This document shows positions 36,170-45,021 of a stretch of DNA of 64,000 nucleotides, in pieces. The notes under the pieces were generated by a model. The model was not told the origin of the DNA. It did no database searches and saw only the letters and a program-made list of their open reading frames with translations. This DNA is from Nanobdellota archaeon (lineage in GTDB: Archaea; Aenigmatarchaeota; Aenigmatarchaeia; Aenigmatarchaeales; Aenigmatarchaeaceae). The stretch's first letter is position 1, and each line of letters opens with the position of its first letter. Where the stretch lies: contig JAHIDZ010000021.1 in assembly GCA_018901755.1 (NCBI GenBank), forward strand, positions 2,467-66,466, written 5' to 3'. The translations under genes were made by a program, and so were the position numbers.

Positions 36170-36726
36170 TTTATTACCTCATCATATGAAACATTACATA
36201 TACTACATTTTCCTTCTGTTATTTTCTTTCCGCATTTACAAGCATGCCCTACTGGTCGTGCAGGATTACCAACCACAATACTATAATCAGAAACATCTTT
36301 TGTAACCACCGAACCTGCCCCAACAAGAGCCCATTTTCCAATTGTTATTCCTGGTAGAATTATTGAATTTGCACCAATTGATGCGCCAGTTTTTACAATG
36401 GTTTGATGTATTTCCCAGTCAGAACCGCTCTTTAGTGTTCCGTCTGGATTAACTGCTCTCGGATATTTATCATTTGAAAAACATACATGTGGACCAATGA
36501 AAACACCATCCTCAATTATATTGCCATTATAGAGAGAAACATTATTCTGTATTTTAACATTTTTTCCAATCTTAACTCCGATATCAATATAAACATTTTT
36601 ACTTATGATGCAATTTTCGCCAATCTCTGTATTTTCTCTTACCTGAGCAAGATTCCAAATTTTAACATTTTCACCTATTTTTGCTTTCGGTGAAACTTCC
36701 GCAGTTTGGTGTATAAATATTGCCAT
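36166..36726 (-). CDS. Hexapeptide-repeat (left-handed beta-helix) sugar N-acetyltransferase (WbpD-like) with C-terminal Cys4 ribbon, copy 1
   Basis: Hexapeptide repeats plus [41 protein letters not shown]. The C-terminal ribbon is [18 protein letters not shown] 36726 is preferred over the GTG at 36735. Confidence 0.8.
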   Translation of the reverse strand: MAIFIHQTAEVSPKAKIGENVKIWNLAQVRENTEIGENCIISKNVYIDIGVKIGKNVKIQNNVSLYNGNIIEDGVFIGPHVCFSNDKYPRAVNPDGTLKSGSDWEIHQTIVKTGASIGANSIILPGITIGKWALVGAGSVVTKDVSDYSIVVGNPARPVGHACKCGKKITEGKCSICNVSYDEVIK

Positions 36727-36814
36727 AACTAGCACCCCTTCTTCTTAGTAATCATAAGATATATTCACGAAATATACTTTTTAAATGTTCAGTACCAGAA
36801 GTCCATAATAGAAA

Positions 36815-38083
36815 TTAGTAAGATTCTTCAAGATATGTTGCTACCTGATCTACAAACACTTTTCCAGCATCTCTTTCAAGATGTGGTGATTTGGTAACCA
36901 TTGGTATTATTTCACGCGAATAATTTATAGCTCTTTTCAATATTGGATTGATTATACTAGTTTCATCCATATTAGGCACCAGATAACCAAGTGAATCATT
37001 CGAATATCCATTCAAAAATGTTACGTTGTAAGGAGATCTGCTTCTAATATCTTTATCCAACTGTGAAAATAATTCAAACGGATGGAACACTAAACAAGTC
37101 TCATCCCCAATATGTAAGAAATTTACATCTCTCTGTAAAACGTCACTAAACGCATCTTCTGCAATACCTTTTATTGTATCTTTTTTCCATTCTTCTAACA
37201 ATCTTTCAAATGCTGGGTTATTTACTGGTAATTTTTGTAAAGTATCATCAACGAATTCTTTAGTTGGAATGATAGCTGGTAATTCAATCTTTATTTTCCC
37301 AAGTCTCATATCTGGGGTATCTATCATTGATGTTGGTGCTGCTAGTATCTTTTCTGCAATAACATGTCCATGTTCTTTAGCTTTCCTGAACACTCCCTGA
37401 TCCAAAATATTAACATCTCCACAGGAACCCTGTAAAAACATTGGTATACATCCGACTTTGTCTGAAAGATAACGATTAGCATATCCTGGAAATCCTGCCG
37501 AAACCCAAAAACTTTCAGGGCCTTGATCTATTTTTGGTGCATTAACTGGATGTGCTGCATAATTATAAATTATTGATTTAATTTTATTCGACTCGGTTTG
37601 CGCCAATATTGCATATATATTATTATTTGTTTCTCCATCAAGAAATGCTCTGTTTTCATTTATTTCTGCTTTTGTTATTGCTGTAACTATATCGACTGCT
37701 TCTACATCTTGATGAGCATAAAGCGCCGCATTAAAAATCTGTTTCTTTAAAAATTCTCGATATTCACTATCCAGCGCACCAACTCCTCTCATATCACATC
37801 CAGCTGGTGCAGAATGTGTGTGCGATGCGCATAAATTTATTTGATCATATCCTGTTTCTTCTAGAAGTTCTCTTGAACATTCATCTATAAACGATCTATC
37901 AAGATTACCAATGTCACAAGATATAGTTAATGCCTTTCTTCCAGAATAATTAAATTCAACTGCCGAAGCATAAAGATCGTCTGCAACTCCTTTTGCTTTT
38001 CGGTCTAAATAAAACCCGTATCCCCAAAGATCTATACCCATGGCTCTTGGTGTTATTTTAGTTCTAGCTACTCCAATTTTCAT
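36815..38083 (-). CDS. Neutral/alkaline ceramidase-like N-terminal-domain amidohydrolase
   Basis: From the internal ATG 38083 (MKIGVARTKITPRAMG..DLYASAVEF..LTISCDIG..CASHTHSAPAG). The 70-codon upstream extension in the ORF track has no such similarity and would overlap the divergent neighbour. Confidence 0.6.
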   Translation of the reverse strand: MKIGVARTKITPRAMGIDLWGYGFYLDRKAKGVADDLYASAVEFNYSGRKALTISCDIGNLDRSFIDECSRELLEETGYDQINLCASHTHSAPAGCDMRGVGALDSEYREFLKKQIFNAALYAHQDVEAVDIVTAITKAEINENRAFLDGETNNNIYAILAQTESNKIKSIIYNYAAHPVNAPKIDQGPESFWVSAGFPGYANRYLSDKVGCIPMFLQGSCGDVNILDQGVFRKAKEHGHVIAEKILAAPTSMIDTPDMRLGKIKIELPAIIPTKEFVDDTLQKLPVNNPAFERLLEEWKKDTIKGIAEDAFSDVLQRDVNFLHIGDETCLVFHPFELFSQLDKDIRSRSPYNVTFLNGYSNDSLGYLVPNMDETSIINPILKRAINYSREIIPMVTKSPHLERDAGKVFVDQVATYLEESY

Positions 38084-38103
38084 AACTATAATTAGAATAG
38101 AAA

Positions 38104-38177
38104 AACTTAAATACCGTATGAATTTCGGGTCTTTTAGAAATGCGAAGTAGAACCATGATTCATTATACTTAAATACC
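38104..38177. promoter_or_regulatory. Divergent promoter region with two identical TATA-like 11-mers
   Basis: ACTTAAATACC occurs at 38104-38114 (about 26 nt from the minus-strand ATG 38083) and at 38167-38177 (about 50 nt from the plus-strand ATG 38226). Assignment as TATA boxes is inference. Confidence 0.3.
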
Positions 38178-38225
38178 TCTCTACTTTTAATAACTTGTAT
38201 AGAGAAACATGAATAGTGATTTAAT

Positions 38226-39035
38226 ATGAATAATGAGCACATTAAGAAAATCAAAGAACTTTTTGGAGAATGTAAAAATTCTTCTGATGGCAACGATATT
38301 TATGATAATGTAATTATTGGGAAAAATGTTAAAATGGGCAAAAATAACCTAATTCTGCCTGGGACCATAATTGTCGGTGATGTTGAAATTGGAAACAATA
38401 ATGTTATAGGACCACATGTAGCAATCGGCACACCCCCACAGCACACAAAATATTACCAAGAAGGCATAGATACTGACTGTAAAATAAAAATTGGTGACAA
38501 AAACGTACTAAGAGAATTTGTTACAGTTCATTCGCCGACGAGCAGAGACACAATAATTGGAAACGAGTGTTTCTTTATGGCAAATTCTCATGTATCGCAC
38601 GACACTCAGATAGGCAATAATGTTGTTTTAGGAAACTCGTGTGCTATTGGTGGACATAGTACAATAATGAATAATGTCTTTGTTGGACTAAACTCTGCAG
38701 TACATCAATTTGCAACAATAGGAGCACATGCAATGATAGGTATGAACTCCACTATTACGAAAGATGTCCCACCTTTTCTAGTATTTCATAATAAATATAA
38801 TTGTTATAAATTAAATGAAGTTGGAATGCTTAGAAATAATTTCAATAAAAATGATTTAAAAATTATATATGATTTCTATAATGCAAATGGAATATCATCT
38901 GACAAACTTGAAAAGAATTTAGAAAGTCTTAATGCTTCTGGGTTTAGCAAAATTGCAAATACTATAAAAGACTTTGGAGTCGCTCGGAAAAGAGAATTAT
39001 ATGAAATAAATATTAAATATAAACCATCTGAATAG
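38226..39035 (+). CDS. LpxA-family acyltransferase (UDP-GlcNAc O/N-acyltransferase-like, left-handed beta-helix)
   Basis: IKIGDKNVLREFVTVHSPT..IIGNECFFMANSHVSHDTQIGNNVVLGNSCAIGGHSTI..SAVHQFATIGAHAMIGMNSTITKDVPPF..KLNEVGMLRNNF aligns with E. coli LpxA. The E. coli string is VEIGDRNRIRESVTIHRGT..AHIAHDC..LAGHV..AVHQFCIIGAHVMVGG..QDVPPY..NIEGLKRRGF. The alignment includes the catalytic-His region. Confidence 0.75.
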   Translation: MNNEHIKKIKELFGECKNSSDGNDIYDNVIIGKNVKMGKNNLILPGTIIVGDVEIGNNNVIGPHVAIGTPPQHTKYYQEGIDTDCKIKIGDKNVLREFVTVHSPTSRDTIIGNECFFMANSHVSHDTQIGNNVVLGNSCAIGGHSTIMNNVFVGLNSAVHQFATIGAHAMIGMNSTITKDVPPFLVFHNKYNCYKLNEVGMLRNNFNKNDLKIIYDFYNANGISSDKLEKNLESLNASGFSKIANTIKDFGVARKRELYEINIKYKPSE

Positions 39036-39045
39036 TTGTGATAAA

Positions 39046-39756
39046 ATGGAAGAATCTGTATTAATAACAGGTGCAAATGGACTGATTGGTTACAATATAG
39101 CATTAAAATTTTTAGAACGTGGAGACCAAGTATTTCTAAGTGATTATTATAACAAAAATAACAGAATAGACGAATTATGTAAAAAATATCCAACACAAGC
39201 ACATAAAATAGAAGCTGACATTAGAAATGCAGAAGATGTCAAAAAAATGATGGAAACAATTGAAACAAAATGCTCCGGAATAGATGTTCTAATTAATAAC
39301 GCTGGTATTGTTAAAGATAAAACATTCATAAAAATGACATATGACGAATGGAATGATGTTATTCAAACGAATCTTTATGGTACAATGTTTATCACTAAAG
39401 GTGTTTTACAGAAGATGATAGATAAAAAATATGGAAGTATAGTGAGTATCGCTTCAATTGTTGGAAAAAATGGAGCCTATGGTCAAACTAATTATGCTGC
39501 ATCTAAAGCTGCACTAATCGGATTTACAAAATCTTTAGCAAAAGAAGTTTCAAAATATAACATAAGAGTAAATGCTGTAACTCCTGGATATGTTGAAACT
39601 GACATGACTGCTAAAATTCCAGAAGATGTAAAGGCAAAGATAGTTGCAAGCTTACCAGCCGGACGCATGGCAAAACCCGAAGAAATGGCTGAAGCTGTCT
39701 TTAATTTAGCAAATGAAAAAGACACCACCGGCGAAGTCAGAGATATTTGCCAGTGA
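39046..39756 (+). CDS. FabG/PhaB-like short-chain 3-oxoacyl reductase (SDR)
   Basis: LINNAGIVKD..EWNDVIQTNLYG..SIASIVGKNGAYGQTNYAASKAALIGFTKSLAKEV..IRVNAVTPGYVETDMT closely parallels FabG. The C-terminus is a few residues shorter than in typical FabG. Confidence 0.8.
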   Translation: MEESVLITGANGLIGYNIALKFLERGDQVFLSDYYNKNNRIDELCKKYPTQAHKIEADIRNAEDVKKMMETIETKCSGIDVLINNAGIVKDKTFIKMTYDEWNDVIQTNLYGTMFITKGVLQKMIDKKYGSIVSIASIVGKNGAYGQTNYAASKAALIGFTKSLAKEVSKYNIRVNAVTPGYVETDMTAKIPEDVKAKIVASLPAGRMAKPEEMAEAVFNLANEKDTTGEVRDICQ

Positions 39757-39887
39757 TAAAATTAAAAAATATATTAAAGAAATTGGGTTTCGGGGCATAT
39801 ATGATTATGGTGATTCTCTTGGTGAATATAAATTTTATGGAACACAGATACTACTATTTTTAATATATCATTTCTCCAATACTTTTT

Positions 39888-41384
39888 ATGAATTTAGATG
39901 AACAAGTGTTGCTCAAAAAAATCAGTAAAGGTGCAATAATAGTATTTGCTGGATTCTTAATTGCATACACATTAGAATATTCCTGCAGAATTATTATGGC
40001 AAGATGGCTTGGTCCGTCTGGTTACGGAATAATAGCATTATGTCTGTCATTTATTGGAATAATTTCTACTCTAACAATGCTATCATTTGAAGATACAATA
40101 ACTCGATATATTTCATACCTGAAGGATGAAGGAAAAAGAAAGTCGCTGCTTAATTTTATATTTAAAATCTCAACTGTATTAAGTGCTATTGCTTCAGTAT
40201 TAGTGTATTACTTTGCTGAGAATATTTCAATGTGGTTTAACAATTCAGAACTTGCAATTCCTTTAAAAATATTTTCCATAAGCATACCTTTTTATGCGCT
40301 CTTGAAAATATCGGTTTCTTGCTTCAGAGGACTACAGCTTGCTAAATACAAATTATATTTCTCAGATATATTCTTCTCTGTTTCCAGAGTTGTGCTCGTA
40401 GTATTTTTCTTATTATTTGGTTACGGAATTGTCGGCGCTGCATTTGGATATGTAATTGCAATAATACTATCTGGAACATTAGCATTTCTTTTCTTGGAAA
40501 GAAAACTGATATCAATCAGAACAAAACAACTTCTAAGTAAAACTGATATGGTAGACATGTTTAGATTTTCATGGCCAATAATGCTGATATCATTATTTAA
40601 TATAAGTTATGCAAATTTAGGAACAATTTTTCTCGGGATATTCAAAATGTCAAGCGATGTTGGGATATATAACGCCTCTCTTCCAACTGCAGGAATTTTA
40701 TCTTTTGTGTTAACATCATTTTTATTTTTATTTATGCCAGTTATTGCTGAATTATATGCAAAGAAAAATATGACAGCCATCTCAAGTCTTTTCGATACAA
40801 TTACAAGATTAACATTCGTGTTAACTTTTCCGCTTTTCTTGATATTTTTAGTATTTCCAGAGAAAATAATCAGCATTATGTTTGGTGATGCTTACGTCGG
40901 TGCCGCGCTTTCTTTAGCCATATTGTCTATTGGTATATTCATTAGTGCTATAACAGGACCGGCAGGAAGCATCTTTATTGCTATCGGAAAAACCAAACTA
41001 GCTCTATTTTATTTTTTGATCATAACAATATCAAATATAATTTTGAGCATTGCTTTAATACCAAGCTATGGTGTTACAGGCGCGGCAATGGCGGCATCAA
41101 TAGCAATAATATTAGGAAATGTTTGGTGTCTTATAGCACTTGGAAGATTTGTTAAAATCAAACCGTTCACAACATATAATATAAAATATATATTTGCCGG
41201 ATTGACATCAATGATTCTAACATATGGAATATATAAATTATTATCACAGTCCAGTATCATAGTATTTGGCCTAATACTAATATTTTATCTGATGGTATAT
41301 CTTATTTTATTGCGTATTACTAAATCATTTACAGAAGAAGACATTTTCTTATTAAATGCAGTTAAAAGAAAAATTCTCTCTTAA
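39888..41384 (+). CDS. Wzx-like oligosaccharide flippase (MOP superfamily), copy 1
   Basis: 498 aa with about 12-14 hydrophobic helices, in a glycan cluster. Confidence 0.7.
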   Translation: MNLDEQVLLKKISKGAIIVFAGFLIAYTLEYSCRIIMARWLGPSGYGIIALCLSFIGIISTLTMLSFEDTITRYISYLKDEGKRKSLLNFIFKISTVLSAIASVLVYYFAENISMWFNNSELAIPLKIFSISIPFYALLKISVSCFRGLQLAKYKLYFSDIFFSVSRVVLVVFFLLFGYGIVGAAFGYVIAIILSGTLAFLFLERKLISIRTKQLLSKTDMVDMFRFSWPIMLISLFNISYANLGTIFLGIFKMSSDVGIYNASLPTAGILSFVLTSFLFLFMPVIAELYAKKNMTAISSLFDTITRLTFVLTFPLFLIFLVFPEKIISIMFGDAYVGAALSLAILSIGIFISAITGPAGSIFIAIGKTKLALFYFLIITISNIILSIALIPSYGVTGAAMAASIAIILGNVWCLIALGRFVKIKPFTTYNIKYIFAGLTSMILTYGIYKLLSQSSIIVFGLILIFYLMVYLILLRITKSFTEEDIFLLNAVKRKILS

Positions 41385-41541
41385 TAATAGCAAAAGATTA
41401 CGCAAATTTGCGATATTAAAATGCTTCCGTACAATGAACTATCAGAAAGATTCAGATTCATAAAATAATCAAAAATAAAGAATTATAGTTCATAAGCTTT
41501 TTAAAGCCTTTTCTAACAATAAGTATTATGGTTTGATTATT

Positions 41542-42036
41542 ATGGCAGGAATAAAAAATGTTAAAATGGGTAAAAGCGTCCGTATAGGCGAGAGTTCCGA
41601 TATATACGGGTGTGAAATCGGAGACAACTGTGTAATCGGAGGTTTAGTTTACATTGAACCTGATGTAAAAATAGGTAAAAATTGTAAAATCAAAGCCGGT
41701 ACTTTCATACCACAATATATTACTATAGAAGATGATGTTTTTATTGGACCGAATGTTACATTCACAAATGATAAGCTTCCTAGAGCAGCTAATCCTGATG
41801 GAAGTTTAAAGGGAAATGATAATTGGACCCCACTAAAAACTCTTGTCAAAAGAGGTGCGACAATTGGTGCAGGCTGTGTGATTCTTCCTGGTATAACAAT
41901 AGGAAAATGCGCAATAGTTGGAGCTGGTGCTGTTGTTACAAAAGATGTTCCTGATTATAAAATGGTATATGGAAATCCGGCAAGAATAGTTTCTGATGTT
42001 CCTGATAAAGAAAAATATATTAAGGGTGATCAATAG
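41542..42036 (+). CDS. Hexapeptide-repeat sugar N-acetyltransferase (WbpD-like), copy 2
   Basis: [41 protein letters not shown] is clearly paralogous to 36166-36726. ATG 41542 is preferred over the TTG at 41533. Confidence 0.8.
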   Translation: MAGIKNVKMGKSVRIGESSDIYGCEIGDNCVIGGLVYIEPDVKIGKNCKIKAGTFIPQYITIEDDVFIGPNVTFTNDKLPRAANPDGSLKGNDNWTPLKTLVKRGATIGAGCVILPGITIGKCAIVGAGAVVTKDVPDYKMVYGNPARIVSDVPDKEKYIKGDQ

Positions 42037-43103
42037 TGTCAATCCCTTTAGCTAAGCCATCATACACACAGGAAATGGAAGACGCAGCGATTAATGCGAT
42101 GAGAAATGAAAAATGGTGTCTTGGCGAAAGTGTTTTTAAATTTGAGGAGGAATTCGCCAAATACTGTGGTGTAAAATATGCTGTTGCTGTAAGTTCAGGA
42201 ACAGACGCACTTACTCTAGCATTGATAAGTATGGGTGTTAAGAAATCTGACAATATTATGACATCTCCTAATTCATTCATAGCAAGTGCTAATGCAATTG
42301 TGCATAGTGGCGCTACACCAGTGTTCTCAGATATAAGAGCTGAAACTGGAAACATTGACCCAGATAAAATTAGTGCAAAAAATCTTCGTGGTATAATACC
42401 TGTTCATATTTACGGAAACATGTGTGACATGGATAAAATAATGGCCCTGAAAGAAAATGGCATGTTTGTTATAGAGGATGCTTGCCAAGCACATGGCGCA
42501 GATTATAAAGGCAAGAAAGCTGGTTCGATAGGAGATCTTGGGTGTTTTTCATTTTATCCTTCAAAAAATATGACCGTCTATGGAGATGGTGGTATGATAA
42601 CTTCCAATAATGAAGAGATAATAGAATATCTAAAATCTCTAAGAGATTGTGGAAGAGTTTCAAGATATGAACACGATAAATTTGGATTCACTTCAAGGAT
42701 GAATACAATAAATGCAGCTATTGGGCGAGTTCAATTAAAATATCTTGACGAATGGAATCAGAAAAGGAGAGCTGCTGCAAAAATATATCAGAAACTTTTA
42801 CCTGAAGAAATTTTATTGAAACCAGAAAATGGTTCTAATCCAATTTATCATATGTTTGTAATTAAAAGTGATAAAAGAGATGATATAATTAAAAATTTAG
42901 ATAAAAATAACATAGGAAATGGTATACATTATCCTATCCCAATACATCTTCAGCCCATTTACAAAAAAACATTTGGATTTAAAGATGGGCTTTTCCCTGT
43001 AACTGAGAAATTTTCTAAGCAAATTATGTCATTGCCAATGTACCCAGAAATAACAGAAGATCAGATAAAAATGGTTGTCGAAAAAGTGCTGGAGGTATTA
43101 TAA
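42036..43103 (+). CDS. DegT/DnrJ/EryC1/StrS-family sugar aminotransferase, copy 2
   Basis: 355 aa. The GTG start overlaps the upstream stop (TAGTG). The PLP-lysine region is CFSFYPSKNMTVYGDGGMI. Confidence 0.85.
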   Translation: MSIPLAKPSYTQEMEDAAINAMRNEKWCLGESVFKFEEEFAKYCGVKYAVAVSSGTDALTLALISMGVKKSDNIMTSPNSFIASANAIVHSGATPVFSDIRAETGNIDPDKISAKNLRGIIPVHIYGNMCDMDKIMALKENGMFVIEDACQAHGADYKGKKAGSIGDLGCFSFYPSKNMTVYGDGGMITSNNEEIIEYLKSLRDCGRVSRYEHDKFGFTSRMNTINAAIGRVQLKYLDEWNQKRRAAAKIYQKLLPEEILLKPENGSNPIYHMFVIKSDKRDDIIKNLDKNNIGNGIHYPIPIHLQPIYKKTFGFKDGLFPVTEKFSKQIMSLPMYPEITEDQIKMVVEKVLEVL

Positions 43104-44062
43104 TGAAGATAGCAATAATCGGTGTTGGATATTGGGGTAACAAACATGTTGAAGAACTAAATGCGCTCGGAATAACTCCAATAATATGCGATGCTAACAA
43201 AGAAAATATTAAAGCATGTATGGAAAAATTCAAAGTTTCCCACGTAGAAGATTTTGAACAAATATTAAATGATAAAACAATTGAAGCTGTGATCATATGT
43301 CTACCAAATGAATTGCATTTCGAATTTGCTAAAAGAGCATTGGAAAGCGGAAAACATGTACTGGTTGAAAAACCAATAACTGTAAAATATAAAGATGGTG
43401 TACATCTTGTTGATATTGCTGAAAAAAACGGAAAAATATTATCTGTTGGCCATATCTTTAGGTTTAATAATGCTATAAGAGAAATTAAGAATTTTATAAC
43501 AAATGATGATTTTGGAGAAATTTACATGGCAAAATTAAGCTGGACCAATCTTGAGTCACCGTTTGAAAGAGATATTATATTTGATCTTGCAACACATCCA
43601 TTTGATATATTATATTATTTATTTGATAAATTCCCAGATGAAATATCTTGCGTTGGAGAGGGTTACAGGGTTGATGGAAAAGAAGCTATATTTATTAATA
43701 GTAAAATTGGCAAGATATTAGTAAATTTTGAACTGAACTATCTTTCACCTGAAAGAAAGAGAGAGCTTATGGTAATTGGAGAAAAAATGTCTGTAAAAGT
43801 AGATTGCATTTCTCAGGAAATCGATAAATATCTTCACACTAATGATATTTCATATGGAAGAACCAGAAAAAGTACAATGAATAAAATTGTTTTGATTAAG
43901 AATAATGCATTGCGAGAAGAATTGAAAAATTTTATTGATTCTATAAATGGTGATGCAAAAAATACAAACTCGGGTAAAGAATGTGCAGAGGTTGTAAGAA
44001 TGCTTCAACTAAGCCGAAAATCTGCGGATGAACGAAGAAAAATAGTCATAGAAAGAGATTAG
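43103..44062 (+). CDS. Gfo/Idh/MocA-family oxidoreductase, copy 2
   Basis: MKIAIIGVGYWGNKHV, with the EKP motif in VLVEKPI. GGAGGT lies 6 nt upstream, and TAATG overlaps the upstream gene. Confidence 0.75.
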   Translation: MKIAIIGVGYWGNKHVEELNALGITPIICDANKENIKACMEKFKVSHVEDFEQILNDKTIEAVIICLPNELHFEFAKRALESGKHVLVEKPITVKYKDGVHLVDIAEKNGKILSVGHIFRFNNAIREIKNFITNDDFGEIYMAKLSWTNLESPFERDIIFDLATHPFDILYYLFDKFPDEISCVGEGYRVDGKEAIFINSKIGKILVNFELNYLSPERKRELMVIGEKMSVKVDCISQEIDKYLHTNDISYGRTRKSTMNKIVLIKNNALREELKNFIDSINGDAKNTNSGKECAEVVRMLQLSRKSADERRKIVIERD

Positions 44063-44072
44063 TGGTGATATT

Positions 44073-45020
44073 ATGAAATGTATTGTGACTGGTGGCGCAG
44101 GATTTATCGGAAGCCATTTAGTAGATCGTTTATTATTAGATGAAACAAATTCTGTAATTGTTGTTGATAACTTTAGTACTGGCAGTTTAAAAAACATCCA
44201 GCATAATATAGAAAATTCGCGTATGATTATCAAAAATAATGATCTTGGAGATTTGAAAAAAACAATAGATGTTTTTCGTGGTGCAGCTGTGGTTTTTCAT
44301 CTCGCTGCAAATGCGGATGTTAGGTATGGACTAAACGATAATTTTCGTGATATTGATAGAAATTTAATCACAACTTATAATGTTCTTGAGGCTATGAGAA
44401 TTAATAATATATCAAAAATAATTTTTATTTCATCAGCAGCAATATATGGTGAACCAGATGTATTTCCAACCCCAGAGTCTTATCATCCGAAACAAACTTC
44501 ATTTTATGGGGCATCTAAAATTGCTGCAGAGGCATTAATTGAAGCTTTTTGTGAGGCATATGGAATGCAAGCATGGATATACCGTCTTGTTTCAATTCAA
44601 GGTGATCGTTACTCTCATGGTGTTACATTTGATTTTTTTAATAAGCTAAAACAATCACCACATAGTCTTGAAATACTTGGAAACGGCACAGCAAGAAAAT
44701 CATTTATTCATGTTAATGATTGCATTGAGGCAATAATGACTGGATATTTGAAATCATCCGAAAAGATTAATATATTTAATGTTGGACATGACGAATCTAT
44801 TAGCGTGACAGATATTGCTAATATGATAGTTGATGAACTCGAGCTTAAAGATGTTAAATATACATATTCTAATAATTCTCGTGGTTGGATAGGTGATTCC
44901 CCACTGGTGTTGCTTGATACAGGTAGAATAAAGTTGCTTGGCTGGTCACCTTCAATATCAATTGCAGAAACCATTAAAAGTACTGTCAGATGGTTAGAAA
45001 ATAATAATAAATTAATTTGA
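44073..45020 (+). CDS. NAD-dependent sugar-nucleotide epimerase/dehydratase (extended SDR)
   Basis: VTGGAGFIGSHLV, and the catalytic YGASK. Confidence 0.85.
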   Translation: MKCIVTGGAGFIGSHLVDRLLLDETNSVIVVDNFSTGSLKNIQHNIENSRMIIKNNDLGDLKKTIDVFRGAAVVFHLAANADVRYGLNDNFRDIDRNLITTYNVLEAMRINNISKIIFISSAAIYGEPDVFPTPESYHPKQTSFYGASKIAAEALIEAFCEAYGMQAWIYRLVSIQGDRYSHGVTFDFFNKLKQSPHSLEILGNGTARKSFIHVNDCIEAIMTGYLKSSEKINIFNVGHDESISVTDIANMIVDELELKDVKYTYSNNSRGWIGDSPLVLLDTGRIKLLGWSPSISIAETIKSTVRWLENNNKLI

Positions 45021-45021
45021 T

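Noticed and set aside
35874-36305. 143-aa and 111-aa ORFs antisense to the 5' parts of both DegT-type aminotransferase genes (35874-36305 and 42020-42355)
   Set aside because: It is tempting because they appear in both paralogues. However, the two host genes are homologous, so a shared antisense open frame is expected from shared codon patterns. There are no independent signals.
38084-38293. 70-codon N-terminal extension of the ceramidase-like ORF
   Set aside because: The family-typical N-terminus (MKIGVARTKITP) starts at the internal ATG 38083. The extension is hydrophobic junk and would overlap the divergent LpxA-like gene start and its promoter.
36815-39756. Bacterial contamination or chimeric assembly as the explanation for the LpxA-, FabG-, ceramidase- and FemAB-like genes
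   Set aside because: By eye these genes share the AT-richness, tight spacing and overlap style of their neighbours. They are embedded between archaeal markers on both sides (aglB and the AglH-like gene upstream, SecDF/NAC/PolB downstream). Misassembly cannot be fully excluded without read-level data.
39713-39901. 62-aa plus-strand ORF bridging the FabG-like and flippase genes
   Set aside because: It overlaps the 3' end of the FabG-like gene and the 5' end of the flippase gene in other frames, with no motifs. It is probably spurious.
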